This document shows positions 35,007 through 45,919 of a DNA stretch of 64,000 nucleotides, in pieces (position 1 is the stretch's first letter; the number at the start of each line of letters is the position of its first letter). The notes beneath the pieces are model-generated. The model did not search any database, was not told where the DNA came from, and was given only the letters and a program-made list of their open reading frames with translations. The DNA is from Bacilli bacterium (lineage in GTDB: Bacteria > Bacillota_I > Bacilli_A > ML615J-28 > CAG-698). The DNA lies in the NCBI GenBank assembly GCA_045598145.1, contig JAZLLM010000085.1, positions 7,303-71,302 of the forward strand, in the 5' to 3' direction. The position numbers and the translations under genes were made by a program.

Positions 35007-37439
35007 ATGGCAGAAAATATAAATGTAACTGGATATAAAAGATTTAAAGACTTTGAATTAGTTGAAAATATAGAAGATTTAAATCTTAGTAATTCTTTTT
35101 TTGTTGGTTACGATAGTGACGATCCAGCTAAAAAAGAATTTCAAGTAGCTATTGAAAATATTTTAAATCTAACAGAAGATACTAATAAAGTTAGTTTTCT
35201 TTATTTAGATTTAAATTTAGATATAACAAATGAAGAACAATTTCATCATGATATAGTTGACGAAGAAGTAAATGTTTACGAAATTGCTAACTTATATCAT
35301 AATAATTATAATGCATTAAAAGAAGCTATTGGTGACTTTCAAAGTCAAACCGCTCAACGTTTATGTCCAAAAGTTTTGCATGTAACATTTAGTGGTTCAA
35401 GTACACCAATAACAGTTATTCCAAATAATGCATTAGGACAGGTACATACTATACAAGGTACAACTACTCGTACATCTGATATGCGTGAAGTAGTTTATTA
35501 TTATCAGTATATAGATGGTAAATGGAAATATATTAGTATGTTAACCATACCTCTTGGTGGTATTGATAGTCATTATATTACTGACGTAGAATTAGTAACT
35601 AATGCTGATTCTTTTATAGGAAATCCTCCTTATCAAGAATGGAGATTTCGATTTGATGATGATACATATAGTTCTAATTTTAGAGTTTATAGAGGCAAAA
35701 ACGGTATTGCTCCAACAATTACTGCAAGTGCAATACAAGTTTCTGGCGCTCCTACTGTAAGTACTACAAAAGATGGTGATAATTATCATTTAACTTTTGG
35801 TTTAGTTAGAGGACCTCAAGGTGAGCCTGGTCTTACTGGACAAGATGGTTCTGACGGTAGTGACGGTGAAGATGGTGTAGGTATAGATACTATTACTACA
35901 GGTTATCACCTTGATAATAATGATGCTGCACATAAAACTATTGAACAATTAGATAATTTAGAATTTTATACAGCTCTTCCAAGTATTTCAGCAGCAAAAA
36001 ATACTTATTTATACACTCGTATTCTTGTTAATAAAACAGATAAAACTGTTGAAAAATATTATACTGAAACGTATATTCCTTCAACATCAACAAGTTTATT
36101 TGACGATCAATATTTGGAAGAAGTAAATTATTATGCTAATGGTGATTCTTATAAATCAAGCGATGTAACTAATGATGCTTGGAATAGTAATGTTGAATGT
36201 ACAGTAACGCCAGCTAATTTCTCTTCAAACGGCCCTTGGTTACGTTTTGAATGGAATTTGACATCATCTGGTAAAAAAATACAATATGTACAATTAACTG
36301 GTGTATTAAATAACACAATTAGTACTGTTACTAAATATAAAGAACAATCTACCCCATTTACTACAGTACCTACTTGTACAGATAATTTTAGTGATTTGAC
36401 ATTTACACAAGGTAATTGGATTGCTTCACAGACAAAAATTACTGATGCAAACGGTAATGAAGGATTGTTAACATCTATAAGTTATATTCCAGAAGATGGA
36501 GAAAAAGGCGATACTGGTGAGAAAGGCGATACAGGCGAAAAGGGAGATACTGGTGAAAAAGGTGAAACTGGCGAACCTGGTCAAAAAGGCGAAGATGGAC
36601 CATTTATTTTTAATCATAACGATAACACATTAAGAGGTAATACTGCTTCTACTGGTTATAATGCGACTTCTTTTGAAGGAAAAGTTATACGCATAAATGA
36701 TTATCATATTAATACACAAAGTGGTTCTTTTTATAAATGTACTTCTGTAGGTTCGACTAGCACTACTTGGGAATATTTAGGTTCTTTAATAGGACCTGTT
36801 GGTGCTATGGGACCTCAAGGTCCTCAAGGTTATACAGGTGCTCAAGGTCCAGTTGGTCCTCAAGGCCCTGCAGGTGCTGATGGTATTAACGGATTAAATG
36901 GTAATGACGGTAATGGTATTGCTTCAATAACTGGTCCTACAACTTCTGGTTTAAATGATACTTACACAATTAATTATACTAATGGTAATACTTCATCTTT
37001 TATAGTAAAGAATGGTGCAAAAGGTGATACTGGTGCAACTGGTCCTCAAGGTCCTACTGGTCCACAAGGCGCAACAGGTCCTAGAGGTAAAGATGGTATT
37101 AGTTTTGAAGATTATTTAATTCGTGTTGATTCTAATACTGTATGGGAACAACAGTTTACTGAAAATAATACTATATATTATAAACCACAAAGTGTTCGTT
37201 ATTTGAAAAATAATATAGATGTTTCCTTACCACCAATAGATTTAAATACAAATATAGACGCATCGTATTATGAAGAAACAAGTGCTAAAAATATTTTAAA
37301 TTGTATGGATTATGGTATGTGGGTAGCTAATTATAATACAAGTTCTTCTTATCCTTTAATGATGTATAGTAAATTAAATCCAGATTCTAGTAAAGAATAT
37401 ACTATGCGTGTACGTATTTATATAATGCCTGAAGAATAA
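35007..37439 (+). CDS. tail fibre protein with collagen-like (G-X-Y) repeats
   Basis: 810 aa. GEKGDTGEKGDTGEKGDTGEKGETGEPGQKGEDGP, GPVGAMGPQGPQGYTGAQGPVGPQGPAGADG and GAKGDTGATGPQGPTGPQGATGPRGKDG. Confidence 0.6.
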   Translation: MAENINVTGYKRFKDFELVENIEDLNLSNSFFVGYDSDDPAKKEFQVAIENILNLTEDTNKVSFLYLDLNLDITNEEQFHHDIVDEEVNVYEIANLYHNNYNALKEAIGDFQSQTAQRLCPKVLHVTFSGSSTPITVIPNNALGQVHTIQGTTTRTSDMREVVYYYQYIDGKWKYISMLTIPLGGIDSHYITDVELVTNADSFIGNPPYQEWRFRFDDDTYSSNFRVYRGKNGIAPTITASAIQVSGAPTVSTTKDGDNYHLTFGLVRGPQGEPGLTGQDGSDGSDGEDGVGIDTITTGYHLDNNDAAHKTIEQLDNLEFYTALPSISAAKNTYLYTRILVNKTDKTVEKYYTETYIPSTSTSLFDDQYLEEVNYYANGDSYKSSDVTNDAWNSNVECTVTPANFSSNGPWLRFEWNLTSSGKKIQYVQLTGVLNNTISTVTKYKEQSTPFTTVPTCTDNFSDLTFTQGNWIASQTKITDANGNEGLLTSISYIPEDGEKGDTGEKGDTGEKGDTGEKGETGEPGQKGEDGPFIFNHNDNTLRGNTASTGYNATSFEGKVIRINDYHINTQSGSFYKCTSVGSTSTTWEYLGSLIGPVGAMGPQGPQGYTGAQGPVGPQGPAGADGINGLNGNDGNGIASITGPTTSGLNDTYTINYTNGNTSSFIVKNGAKGDTGATGPQGPTGPQGATGPRGKDGISFEDYLIRVDSNTVWEQQFTENNTIYYKPQSVRYLKNNIDVSLPPIDLNTNIDASYYEETSAKNILNCMDYGMWVANYNTSSSYPLMMYSKLNPDSSKEYTMRVRIYIMPEE

Positions 37440-37450
37440 AATTATTTATT

Positions 37451-37843
37451 ATGCCTATATATAATAAAATACCAATGTTTTTCCCTCAACAAATTGTTTG
37501 TCAATATACTTTAGATGGTGGTGTGACTTGGCAAACATTCAATTATGATGAAAACGGCCAATATATCTCAGGACAAATATTTTCTAATAGAAAGTTTCGT
37601 ATTAGAATTTCAAAACCTAATTATATAAATAGTATTACTTATTATAATGCATATACACATCTTTGGACTACACTATTAGGCGGTTATTCATCTTTTGAAT
37701 ATGATACTTCTGATCCAAATTTTAATATCATTATTTGGAATTATAATGCCGATGAAGGCAAACAATTTAATACGGATGAAACTATTAACGATGACGAATG
37801 TTTATTTGTTACAAATAATACTTTTAATATTACTTTATCATAA
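37451..37843 (+). CDS. hypothetical tail-associated protein
   Basis: 130-aa ORF. Confidence 0.35.
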   Translation: MPIYNKIPMFFPQQIVCQYTLDGGVTWQTFNYDENGQYISGQIFSNRKFRIRISKPNYINSITYYNAYTHLWTTLLGGYSSFEYDTSDPNFNIIIWNYNADEGKQFNTDETINDDECLFVTNNTFNITLS

Positions 37844-38253
37844 TGTCCAGACCATATAACGATAATACTTTTGTACAATACGGTTTTGAAATAAATGCTA
37901 CAGCTCCAATCGATGAACGTTTTGTATTAAGATATCGTTCAGATTTAACCGATTCTAATAATTGGGATGAGCATCATCCTCTTTATAACGGCATTTTTAT
38001 TGCAGTAGTAGCAGATAGTATTCCATCTAACAATGGAATTTATATGTTATTAAAACAAAGTAAATATCGTTATTTTCGTGATCCGCAAGGAGGAGAATTG
38101 TATCATCCAGAAGGATGGATTCAAATAAATGCAACTAACGCTCCTGTTATATTAGATCAATATACAATTAAAGATGGAAATGCTGAATCATTAGACACTG
38201 ATGTACAACAAAATGGTTTACACGTAGTACGTGTAGATGGAGGAATTTTTTAA
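37843..38253 (+). CDS. hypothetical tail-associated protein
   Basis: 136-aa ORF. Confidence 0.35.
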   Translation: MSRPYNDNTFVQYGFEINATAPIDERFVLRYRSDLTDSNNWDEHHPLYNGIFIAVVADSIPSNNGIYMLLKQSKYRYFRDPQGGELYHPEGWIQINATNAPVILDQYTIKDGNAESLDTDVQQNGLHVVRVDGGIF

Positions 38254-38275
38254 TAATAACTTAAAATAAAATAAA

Positions 38276-39052
38276 ATGGCAAATACAAAAATAAATTTTA
38301 AACGTGGTGCACAATTATTTAATACAAATACACAAACTGCAGTAACTACATTAACGTTAACTAATTCGATGCGTTTTTGTGAACCTTGGGTTAATACTAC
38401 TGCAAAACAATTATGGGTGGATGATGCTTGTATTAATCCAAATCCAATAAGTACCAATAACGCATTAACTATTAACGAACCGTCATTATCATCAACTTCT
38501 CCTTATAGAGTTAGTAGGGCATTTACTATTAATATTAGCGGAGACGCAAATAACGCATTAGTACTTCGAGCAGATGGTTTATATTCGTCAGATACAAATA
38601 CACATTATAATTCAAAAAATATTATAACAAATACTACTAGTTCTATAACAGAAACTACTACAAGTTTAGTAAACGGTAATGTATGTTTAAATCATATAGA
38701 AAACGATGAAACAGCAACAAGTGGGCATCGTATTGTTGGTACTGGTGTTGCTACTGTTACTTGGAATGCAAGTAGTAATCAAATTGAAATTTATGCACCT
38801 AATCAGGAAGTTGGTGATATCTCTTTAGGTCGTTTGTGTGAAAATACTGGTCTTACAAGCGGTTGGTTTTATACTGGTGGTTTTTATGCTGGTGACGATA
38901 CCGATTCTTTAAAATGGGGTATTTATCATACACCAAGAGTAAATTCTGAAGGTTCATTGATTGAATTTAAACTTGGCGAAGCTAGCGATATAACTAATGG
39001 TAATGTACAAATTCAATGTAAAGTTACAATTATTGATGGAGGTACATTCTAA
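38276..39052 (+). CDS. tail fibre/tailspike paralogue A (shared N-terminal domain with 39052..40278)
   Basis: 258 aa. N-terminus MANTKINFKRG...CEPWVNTTAKQLWVDDACINP parallels the next gene's MATTTINLRRG...CEPWVNKKNRQMWIDGLCVNP. Confidence 0.45.
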   Translation: MANTKINFKRGAQLFNTNTQTAVTTLTLTNSMRFCEPWVNTTAKQLWVDDACINPNPISTNNALTINEPSLSSTSPYRVSRAFTINISGDANNALVLRADGLYSSDTNTHYNSKNIITNTTSSITETTTSLVNGNVCLNHIENDETATSGHRIVGTGVATVTWNASSNQIEIYAPNQEVGDISLGRLCENTGLTSGWFYTGGFYAGDDTDSLKWGIYHTPRVNSEGSLIEFKLGEASDITNGNVQIQCKVTIIDGGTF

Positions 39053-40278
39053 TGGCAACAACAACGATTAATTTGCGTAGAGGTGTAACTACTAATAGTG
39101 AATATCAATCAGATATTACAAGTTATATAAATCCCATTACTAATGAATATGCCATAAGTACTGTTTTATTCCATAATTGCGAACCTTGGGTGAATAAAAA
39201 AAATAGACAAATGTGGATTGACGGATTATGTGTCAATCCTTATTTACCAGGGTCTACTAATACTATTAGAAATGAATACGTTAACGATGAAAGAAGTAGT
39301 CAAGGTAATGAAAGAATACTATTGAAGAGTGAAGTTATTTTAAAACCAAATGGTGGAATTTTAGCTGACGTTAATGGACAAGGTTTATATATTGATGGAT
39401 CATATTTAACACATTTAACTGATTATTTTACAACAAGTGTTGATGGTATTGTACATTGTTATGACGATAATCATTCTGATTTACAAAATCTTAGTAAGGA
39501 TAGATTTTGGTTATCACATAAAAACACTTGGCATCAGTTCAATGCATTACAAATTACCGATAATTATTTTCATAACATAATGTTTTATCCTTATATAAGG
39601 GATAATAACGATACAGTAATAACAGTTTCTTCATCATTTAATATAACACCTGTGTCCTCTAATGTACTTGGTGGAACAATTAATTTGAAACAAGCAACTA
39701 CTACATTATTAGGTGGTGTTAAATTGAGTTGTCCTAATAATTTAACAGTTACGCAACCAGATTTCTTTGGTAATACGTATTATCCTATCGGTATGAATAA
39801 TACGACCGAACAAATATTCGCTATTGCTAGCAAAGCAACACCTGTAAATTTTGGTGTTGTTACAAGAAGTGGAACTAATAAAAGAAACGATGTTGTTGGA
39901 GATACTATTATAAGTAAGGCTACTATAGGTGATAGTGATATTTTAGTTGCTGAATTAGATGCTTGTAAAAATTGTATTACTTATTCTGTTGATGGTAAAA
40001 ATGTTTTTAAATTTTTACAAATCGTATGTGGTTTAAAAACACCGTATACTGAACATTATATTATATTAGATAATACAGAAAGTGGTAAAGATTTAGTATT
40101 TGATAATATTGAAATTATTGACAGAGACGGACGTGAGTTTGATTGCCATTTTCCGTATAATTCAAGTATCACAATACCTCCTTTAACATGGATGAAAATT
40201 ACAATATTGTTAGCGACAAATCCTACAGAAACACAATTTAAAGCGTATGTTACTTATAATTATGATACGATAAGTTAA
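39052..40278 (+). CDS. tail fibre/tailspike paralogue B
   Basis: 408 aa; conserved N-terminal anchor-like domain, divergent C-terminus. Confidence 0.45.
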   Translation: MATTTINLRRGVTTNSEYQSDITSYINPITNEYAISTVLFHNCEPWVNKKNRQMWIDGLCVNPYLPGSTNTIRNEYVNDERSSQGNERILLKSEVILKPNGGILADVNGQGLYIDGSYLTHLTDYFTTSVDGIVHCYDDNHSDLQNLSKDRFWLSHKNTWHQFNALQITDNYFHNIMFYPYIRDNNDTVITVSSSFNITPVSSNVLGGTINLKQATTTLLGGVKLSCPNNLTVTQPDFFGNTYYPIGMNNTTEQIFAIASKATPVNFGVVTRSGTNKRNDVVGDTIISKATIGDSDILVAELDACKNCITYSVDGKNVFKFLQIVCGLKTPYTEHYIILDNTESGKDLVFDNIEIIDRDGREFDCHFPYNSSITIPPLTWMKITILLATNPTETQFKAYVTYNYDTIS

Positions 40279-40309
40279 ACTTTTCTATAAATAAATAATC
40301 ACATTAATT

Positions 40310-40639
40310 ATGTTAATACAAGGTGATACTACTTCTATAAGTATAAAATTAAGTGAAAACTTAGAAAAAAACCAAGATATTAAAATTGGTTTTTATCGTA
40401 ACGATACTACACCAGTATATGAAGCATATTTAAGTGACAATACTGTTTTACAGCGTGTAGATAAACATAATGATAAAAATTTTATTTGTGTATTAACACC
40501 TGATATTTCGATGAAATTATTAGGCAATTTAGAATTTAGAGCTGTTATTTTTGATAAAAAAATGCCTTTTGTAAATTCGTCTGAAAATCATTTAGATGTA
40601 AATTTTAAACGTGCTATTGCAAATCGTAAATTAAAATAG
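40310..40639 (+). CDS. hypothetical protein
   Basis: 109-aa ORF. Confidence 0.35.
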   Translation: MLIQGDTTSISIKLSENLEKNQDIKIGFYRNDTTPVYEAYLSDNTVLQRVDKHNDKNFICVLTPDISMKLLGNLEFRAVIFDKKMPFVNSSENHLDVNFKRAIANRKLK

Positions 40640-40640
40640 T

Positions 40641-43600
40641 ATGGAAGTTAAGAAACAATTAATGAATATTAAAATTTCGCAACCTCAATTAAATATTGAG
40701 TTAGCTAAAGATTCTGAAGTTGTTGGAACTTTAGTATTTTCTCAATATTATAAAGGTGATGATGGTTCTAAAGGCGATAAAGGAGATAAAGGAGATAAAG
40801 GAGATACTGGTCCTATAGGACCTAAAGGAAACGATGCTGTAATTAACGGTAGAAATGTATTAAATATACAAGGTGGTCCTAATATTAATATTACACAGGA
40901 AGATGATTTGATGATTATTTCTGCAAGTGTAGCTACACAAAAACAAGCAGATTGGAATCAAACAGATTCTACACAAAAAGATTATATTAAAAATAAACCA
41001 TTACCATATAAATCGTTAGAAAAATTTACAGATTATACTTATAAAATCTATTGCGATTATTTAGATTATGAATTAGCTAAGAATTATTTTAATAATCCGA
41101 ATAATATTAATAGTATTGGTTCTTGTAGTTCTGTAAGAAAAAATAATTTATACGGACGTAATTACGATTGGATATATAACAATAGTGTCGATTTTGTAGT
41201 TTTTACTCCAAATCGATTAGGTAGATATGCAACTATTGGTTTTGGTGGTATATTAAACGAACTAACTGCTGATTTTGTTGAATCGAGAGAGTATTCAGAA
41301 TTATATAAAATTGTACCATTTAAAATTGTTGATGGTATTAATGAAAAAGGAGTTGTAGTTAATTCAAATGTGGTACCTAAACAAAAAGGTGAAACTACTG
41401 GTACATATCCTATTATTACAGAAAAACATAAGATATGTAATCGTATGCTACCAAGATTTATTCTTGATAATTTTGATAACGCTTATGATGCAACAGAATA
41501 TATAAAAAATTATGTATCTGTTTATAATCATTCAGATTTATCTGAAAATTACGGTTACGATTTGCATTTTATGGTAGGTGATAAAACATCTACTTATCTG
41601 ATTGAATTTGTCAACAATACTACTATTGTAACAGATATTTCAGAGAAATCTTTTATGACTAATTTTCACTTAAACGGTGTCAATTTTAATGAAGATGGTA
41701 GTGTATATACACCTTACGATAAAAACTTAGATTCTTCACACGATGCTGTAATAGTTAATCGTATTGAAACACACGGTTCAGGTCTTGAAAGATACAATTT
41801 AATTAACACAAACTATTCTTCATTAGAAGATGAAGAAGATATGCGTTCTTTATTAAACTTATTAACTTATACTAACACTTATAAAGATGCAACAAATCCT
41901 CGTTGGTATACTGAAGGCGTAGGAGAAAATGAATTTTACGATGTTACAGTTAATTCGCCTATAAATATACATCAAGAAGTGTATAGTATAATGAAAAGTT
42001 TATATCAAACACGAAATCGTAATACTGGTTTAACTTGGCAAACTATTCATAGTTGTATATACGATATTAATAAAAAAACAGTTAAAGTAATTTTTCAAGA
42101 AAACAACGAAGAGTTTACTTTTGATTTTGAAAGTGAATATTTTGAAAAAATATCAAATAAAGTTACTAGTTGGAGTCAAACTACTACAGATACACATTAT
42201 CCTTCTGAAAAACTTGTAAAGGATAATTTGGACACCAAAGTTATAGAAGCTGGTGAGGGAACAAATTCGGCGATACAAATAAACTTAGCCAATTCCGCAA
42301 CTGGTATGGGTGCAATTGCAGTTAACGGTTCAAACTCGGCAAGTGGAGATTACTCCCTTGCAGAAGGTTCGCACACATGTTCAACGGGACGTGCAACGCA
42401 CGCAGAAGGAAACACTACACTTGCAAGTGGCGATTATTCTCATGCAGAAGGCGCTGGTTCTGGGGCTATAGGGATTGCTTCACACGCGGAAGGAAACGGA
42501 ACATCAGCCCAAAACTTTGCCGAACACGCTGAAGGTAGTCACAATGTTACACACATAGACTCAGATGAGTTTGGAAGTTCTGGAAACACCATCCATTCCA
42601 TAGGCATAGGCACAGGTCTTCAGACTGCAAAAAACGCCGTTGAAGTAATGCAAAATGGAGACGTTTATATAATTGGTGTTGGAAATTATGATGGTTCGGA
42701 CATATCATCGTCTAATAGCATACAGAACGTTTTAGACGGAAAACAGGACACTATTACCGACTTGGATGACATACGTAGCGGTGCCGAAAAGGGAGAAACA
42801 GCCGTACAGCCCTCAGTATTGGAAGACTATGATACAAGTTTAGAAGTAGACAGCAAGATATCAACTCATAATAGCAGCAGTTCTGCTCACTCTGATATTC
42901 GCGGAAGTATAGAGGCTGTGAATAGTGTGATACCCTCGCAGGCATCACAATCAAACCAACTTGCTGACAAAGACTTCGTAAACTCATCTCTCAACAGCAT
43001 TACTGCGTTCTATATTACAAAAGACGCACAAGGAACTCAGTTTTCTACAAAAGCACAATTAGACAGTACAACTGTATTTTATTCTGGAGGAGAAGTCAGA
43101 GTCCCGACACGCAATGACTACTGTATAGTTCTTGCAGACGAGACGAAAACTGACCCTGTTACAGGCGAGAATCCTACAACGAGATACGTATATCAGAATG
43201 GTTGGGAATTTCAATATATAGTCAATAAAACTACTCTTACCGCTACACAATTTGCTGCAATAAACAGTGGCATCACAAGCGGAAAGGTAACTCAGTATGA
43301 CGGCTATGCAACAAGCAAGCAGGACAAAATAAACGACCTTGCAACTATTAGAAGCGGTGCTGCTGCTGGTGCAACGGCATATCAAAAGCCTCCAACTGGC
43401 ATACCTGTGACTGACTTGGCTACAGGTGTGATTCCAGACGTTAGTGGTAAGGAAAACACTTCTAACAAAGTAACATTGTTTCAGAATATACCAGACAACA
43501 TCCATTATCCCACCGAGAAACTTGTATATGACAGTCTTGCGCAAAAATTAAGCACTTACGACTTTACATTCTTATCACTTGATAAGAATACCACATCATT

Positions 43601-43880
43601 CACTTTTTCTGCCAACCAACGTTGTTACCAAAGTGTCAACCTCTCTGCTGGCGCTACACTTACATTTGCGGTCAACAACAAGGCTGACAACTACCTGAGA
43701 ATCCATAATACGGGAAGCAGTGAGACAACAATCGTGATAGGAACAGTTACTTATAATTCAACAACCCAGACGGTTATCAAGCCCGCAGAAATCAAAGTAG
43801 GCACAGGCAAGTACATTGAATTGTCAGTGATAACTGATGGCACAACGGCTATATTCACGGCAAGTTCAGATTTACAATAA
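40641..43880 (+). CDS. large tail fibre with collagen-like repeat and Hep_Hag/YadA-like Ala-Gly repeats; C-terminal part in GC-richer DNA
   Basis: 1079 aa. GDDGSKGDKGDKGDKGDTGPIGPKGNDA near the N-terminus. Repeated (S/T)HAEG(N/S) and NSA.G..A motifs around residues 540-640. From ~42.2 kb the nucleotide composition shifts to visibly higher GC. Confidence 0.55.
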   Translation: MEVKKQLMNIKISQPQLNIELAKDSEVVGTLVFSQYYKGDDGSKGDKGDKGDKGDTGPIGPKGNDAVINGRNVLNIQGGPNINITQEDDLMIISASVATQKQADWNQTDSTQKDYIKNKPLPYKSLEKFTDYTYKIYCDYLDYELAKNYFNNPNNINSIGSCSSVRKNNLYGRNYDWIYNNSVDFVVFTPNRLGRYATIGFGGILNELTADFVESREYSELYKIVPFKIVDGINEKGVVVNSNVVPKQKGETTGTYPIITEKHKICNRMLPRFILDNFDNAYDATEYIKNYVSVYNHSDLSENYGYDLHFMVGDKTSTYLIEFVNNTTIVTDISEKSFMTNFHLNGVNFNEDGSVYTPYDKNLDSSHDAVIVNRIETHGSGLERYNLINTNYSSLEDEEDMRSLLNLLTYTNTYKDATNPRWYTEGVGENEFYDVTVNSPINIHQEVYSIMKSLYQTRNRNTGLTWQTIHSCIYDINKKTVKVIFQENNEEFTFDFESEYFEKISNKVTSWSQTTTDTHYPSEKLVKDNLDTKVIEAGEGTNSAIQINLANSATGMGAIAVNGSNSASGDYSLAEGSHTCSTGRATHAEGNTTLASGDYSHAEGAGSGAIGIASHAEGNGTSAQNFAEHAEGSHNVTHIDSDEFGSSGNTIHSIGIGTGLQTAKNAVEVMQNGDVYIIGVGNYDGSDISSSNSIQNVLDGKQDTITDLDDIRSGAEKGETAVQPSVLEDYDTSLEVDSKISTHNSSSSAHSDIRGSIEAVNSVIPSQASQSNQLADKDFVNSSLNSITAFYITKDAQGTQFSTKAQLDSTTVFYSGGEVRVPTRNDYCIVLADETKTDPVTGENPTTRYVYQNGWEFQYIVNKTTLTATQFAAINSGITSGKVTQYDGYATSKQDKINDLATIRSGAAAGATAYQKPPTGIPVTDLATGVIPDVSGKENTSNKVTLFQNIPDNIHYPTEKLVYDSLAQKLSTYDFTFLSLDKNTTSFTFSANQRCYQSVNLSAGATLTFAVNNKADNYLRIHNTGSSETTIVIGTVTYNSTTQTVIKPAEIKVGTGKYIELSVITDGTTAIFTASSDLQ

Positions 43881-43899
43881 CAATTAAAGACACAATATT

Positions 43900-44424
43900 A
43901 TGGCAGTAATAAACGAACCAAGATACTATTACTATTTCGTCACTCACTTATTTGGCAGAGTGACCATTGAGAAATTTATCACCCCGATGCTGCTGCTCGG
44001 CTACGAGGCACTAACCGATGAACAGGTTGAGTTCTATTTGGCAAATCCGACAGCTTCGGTTGAAGAGGTGCGGAAATGCGAATTGGACCCGCCTTATGTG
44101 CCTCCTGCACCATCAATCATACAACTGCAAGAGGATGCCAAACAACAGCTGAAAGAGGCATACATTGCCAAGATGAACAGATACAGCGATTTGGATGTTG
44201 TTGGGGCAATATCAAGCCACTATGCGCTCATAACACTCACCATTGGCGACAATGTGCCATACACGTTGAGCGAGGCAAAGAATATCATTGAAGGCTTCAA
44301 TTCGCTAATGAAGTCAGCAAAGAAGGTTTACGATAAATACTATACCTTATTGGGTGAGCAGATGACACAGGAGGCCATTGACAGCACATTGGAGGCTGGA
44401 CTGGCGGAAATGGAGGCGTTATGA
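43900..44424 (+). CDS. putative tail fibre assembly/chaperone protein
   Basis: 174 aa, directly downstream of the fibre gene, GC-richer. Assignment by position only. Confidence 0.3.
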   Translation: MAVINEPRYYYYFVTHLFGRVTIEKFITPMLLLGYEALTDEQVEFYLANPTASVEEVRKCELDPPYVPPAPSIIQLQEDAKQQLKEAYIAKMNRYSDLDVVGAISSHYALITLTIGDNVPYTLSEAKNIIEGFNSLMKSAKKVYDKYYTLLGEQMTQEAIDSTLEAGLAEMEAL

Positions 44425-45083
44425 GGAGAGGGTATAAAATAATAGAAGGCGAGCTGTTGCCGCCATTTGCAGAAAACCTCGTGTTTTGGGCTCCGCTGAC
44501 GGAAGGCGATTTGACTGACCATATTAGCGGAGTTGAACTTAAACATACCGATGAATCGTATGTTAAGTATGATAGTTCAATGAACGCATATCAGTTTTTC
44601 AAAAAGAGAAAACCAGACTACAACGGATGGGACACAAGCATTCTTTTTGATGCCGTCAACTTTCCAAAAGGTCTTAAAAAAGAGGCCACGCAAGGATATA
44701 CAATTACTGCGCTATGCAAGAGGTCTTATATACAGAAATATAACTATCCTCCTTACGTGGTATTGGGATTATACACCAACAATGATACTTGGCGACCAAG
44801 TATTGCATTCAGTAATGATGAGCCAAGCTCTATAAAAGAACAATTTGCGAGAAGGACTTTTGTATATGACAACGGAATTGCCAAGCGTTTCATCAACGGA
44901 GAATTGGTTTTGCAAGGCAATTCTGAAAGTCTAGCTAATTACATTTCTCAAAATACTGACGTTGGTAACTATATCGGTGTTAATCTTGACAGAGATGGGA
45001 AGGATACGAATCAAAAGCCGTGGATTGCAGACATAAGAATCTACAACCGCGCGCTCACAGCCTCGGAGGTGGCTCAATTATGA
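44421..45083 (+). CDS. LamG/concanavalin-A-like lectin domain protein
   Basis: 220 aa. C-terminal signature WIADIRIYNRALTASEVAQL matches the LamG-type jelly-roll motif (..DE.RIYNRALSA.EI). Confidence 0.5.
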   Translation: MRRGYKIIEGELLPPFAENLVFWAPLTEGDLTDHISGVELKHTDESYVKYDSSMNAYQFFKKRKPDYNGWDTSILFDAVNFPKGLKKEATQGYTITALCKRSYIQKYNYPPYVVLGLYTNNDTWRPSIAFSNDEPSSIKEQFARRTFVYDNGIAKRFINGELVLQGNSESLANYISQNTDVGNYIGVNLDRDGKDTNQKPWIADIRIYNRALTASEVAQL

Positions 45084-45706
45084 GAATGAATTACAAACAG
45101 CAGGAGCAAATGTTGGATTACACAATACTGACAGCAATAGTTGGAAAATCAAACCCAAAAACGGCTCCATTTATTGATACGTTATATATTCCGAATAATG
45201 AGACTGGTATATATCTTGATATGTCAGATCTATACATTTCGAGTACAGACTTTAATTTCTTCGGTTGCAAAAACAATGATGGAGACAGTGCGAGATTCAT
45301 GCTCAACGCATCGAACGGTAAGTTTTGTTTCGGCTTCAATACATTCGCAGTCACTAACGAGATTATCGTAGACCGGCAGGTAGTGGAGATGAATTTTGGC
45401 AATGACAGAAAATTCAAAGTGGACGGTGCTAATTTGGCAGCATTGCCGTCAAGCCTCCCAGCAATGCTACACCCAATAGGTATTATGGGTTCAATTCAAT
45501 ATTACGATAATCAAAGAAATAATGGATATGATTATGCAATATATAGCGTGAAAATATCACAAGGGACTAATATTGTTCGTGACTTTGTCCCGGCAATAAG
45601 AAATGCAGATGGAAAGGTCGGAATGTTGGATGTTACTGGACACAATTCAAGCAACGGGACTCCGTTCTTCGAACCCGTAAGAAATACTTTTGATTATATA
45701 CTTTAG
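45080..45706 (+). CDS. hypothetical protein (GC-richer cassette)
   Basis: ATGA overlap with the upstream stop. The track's 45020 start lies inside the previous gene. Confidence 0.4.
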   Translation: MRMNYKQQEQMLDYTILTAIVGKSNPKTAPFIDTLYIPNNETGIYLDMSDLYISSTDFNFFGCKNNDGDSARFMLNASNGKFCFGFNTFAVTNEIIVDRQVVEMNFGNDRKFKVDGANLAALPSSLPAMLHPIGIMGSIQYYDNQRNNGYDYAIYSVKISQGTNIVRDFVPAIRNADGKVGMLDVTGHNSSNGTPFFEPVRNTFDYIL

Positions 45707-45919
45707 CAATATGACAATCAAACTCAATATCAATATCAGAAATATCATCTCAGCCATGCTGATAGCATTATCGGCAGCGGCAATGCTTACATTGGCAATG
45801 CGCACGGAAAGAACCGCTGCGTTACCAGCAACATCAACTATGCAGTGGCATATGGACACCTGCTGGGGGGGATGGAGGAATATTAATTATTAAATTATTA
45901 CAATCAGGACGGAAGCACG

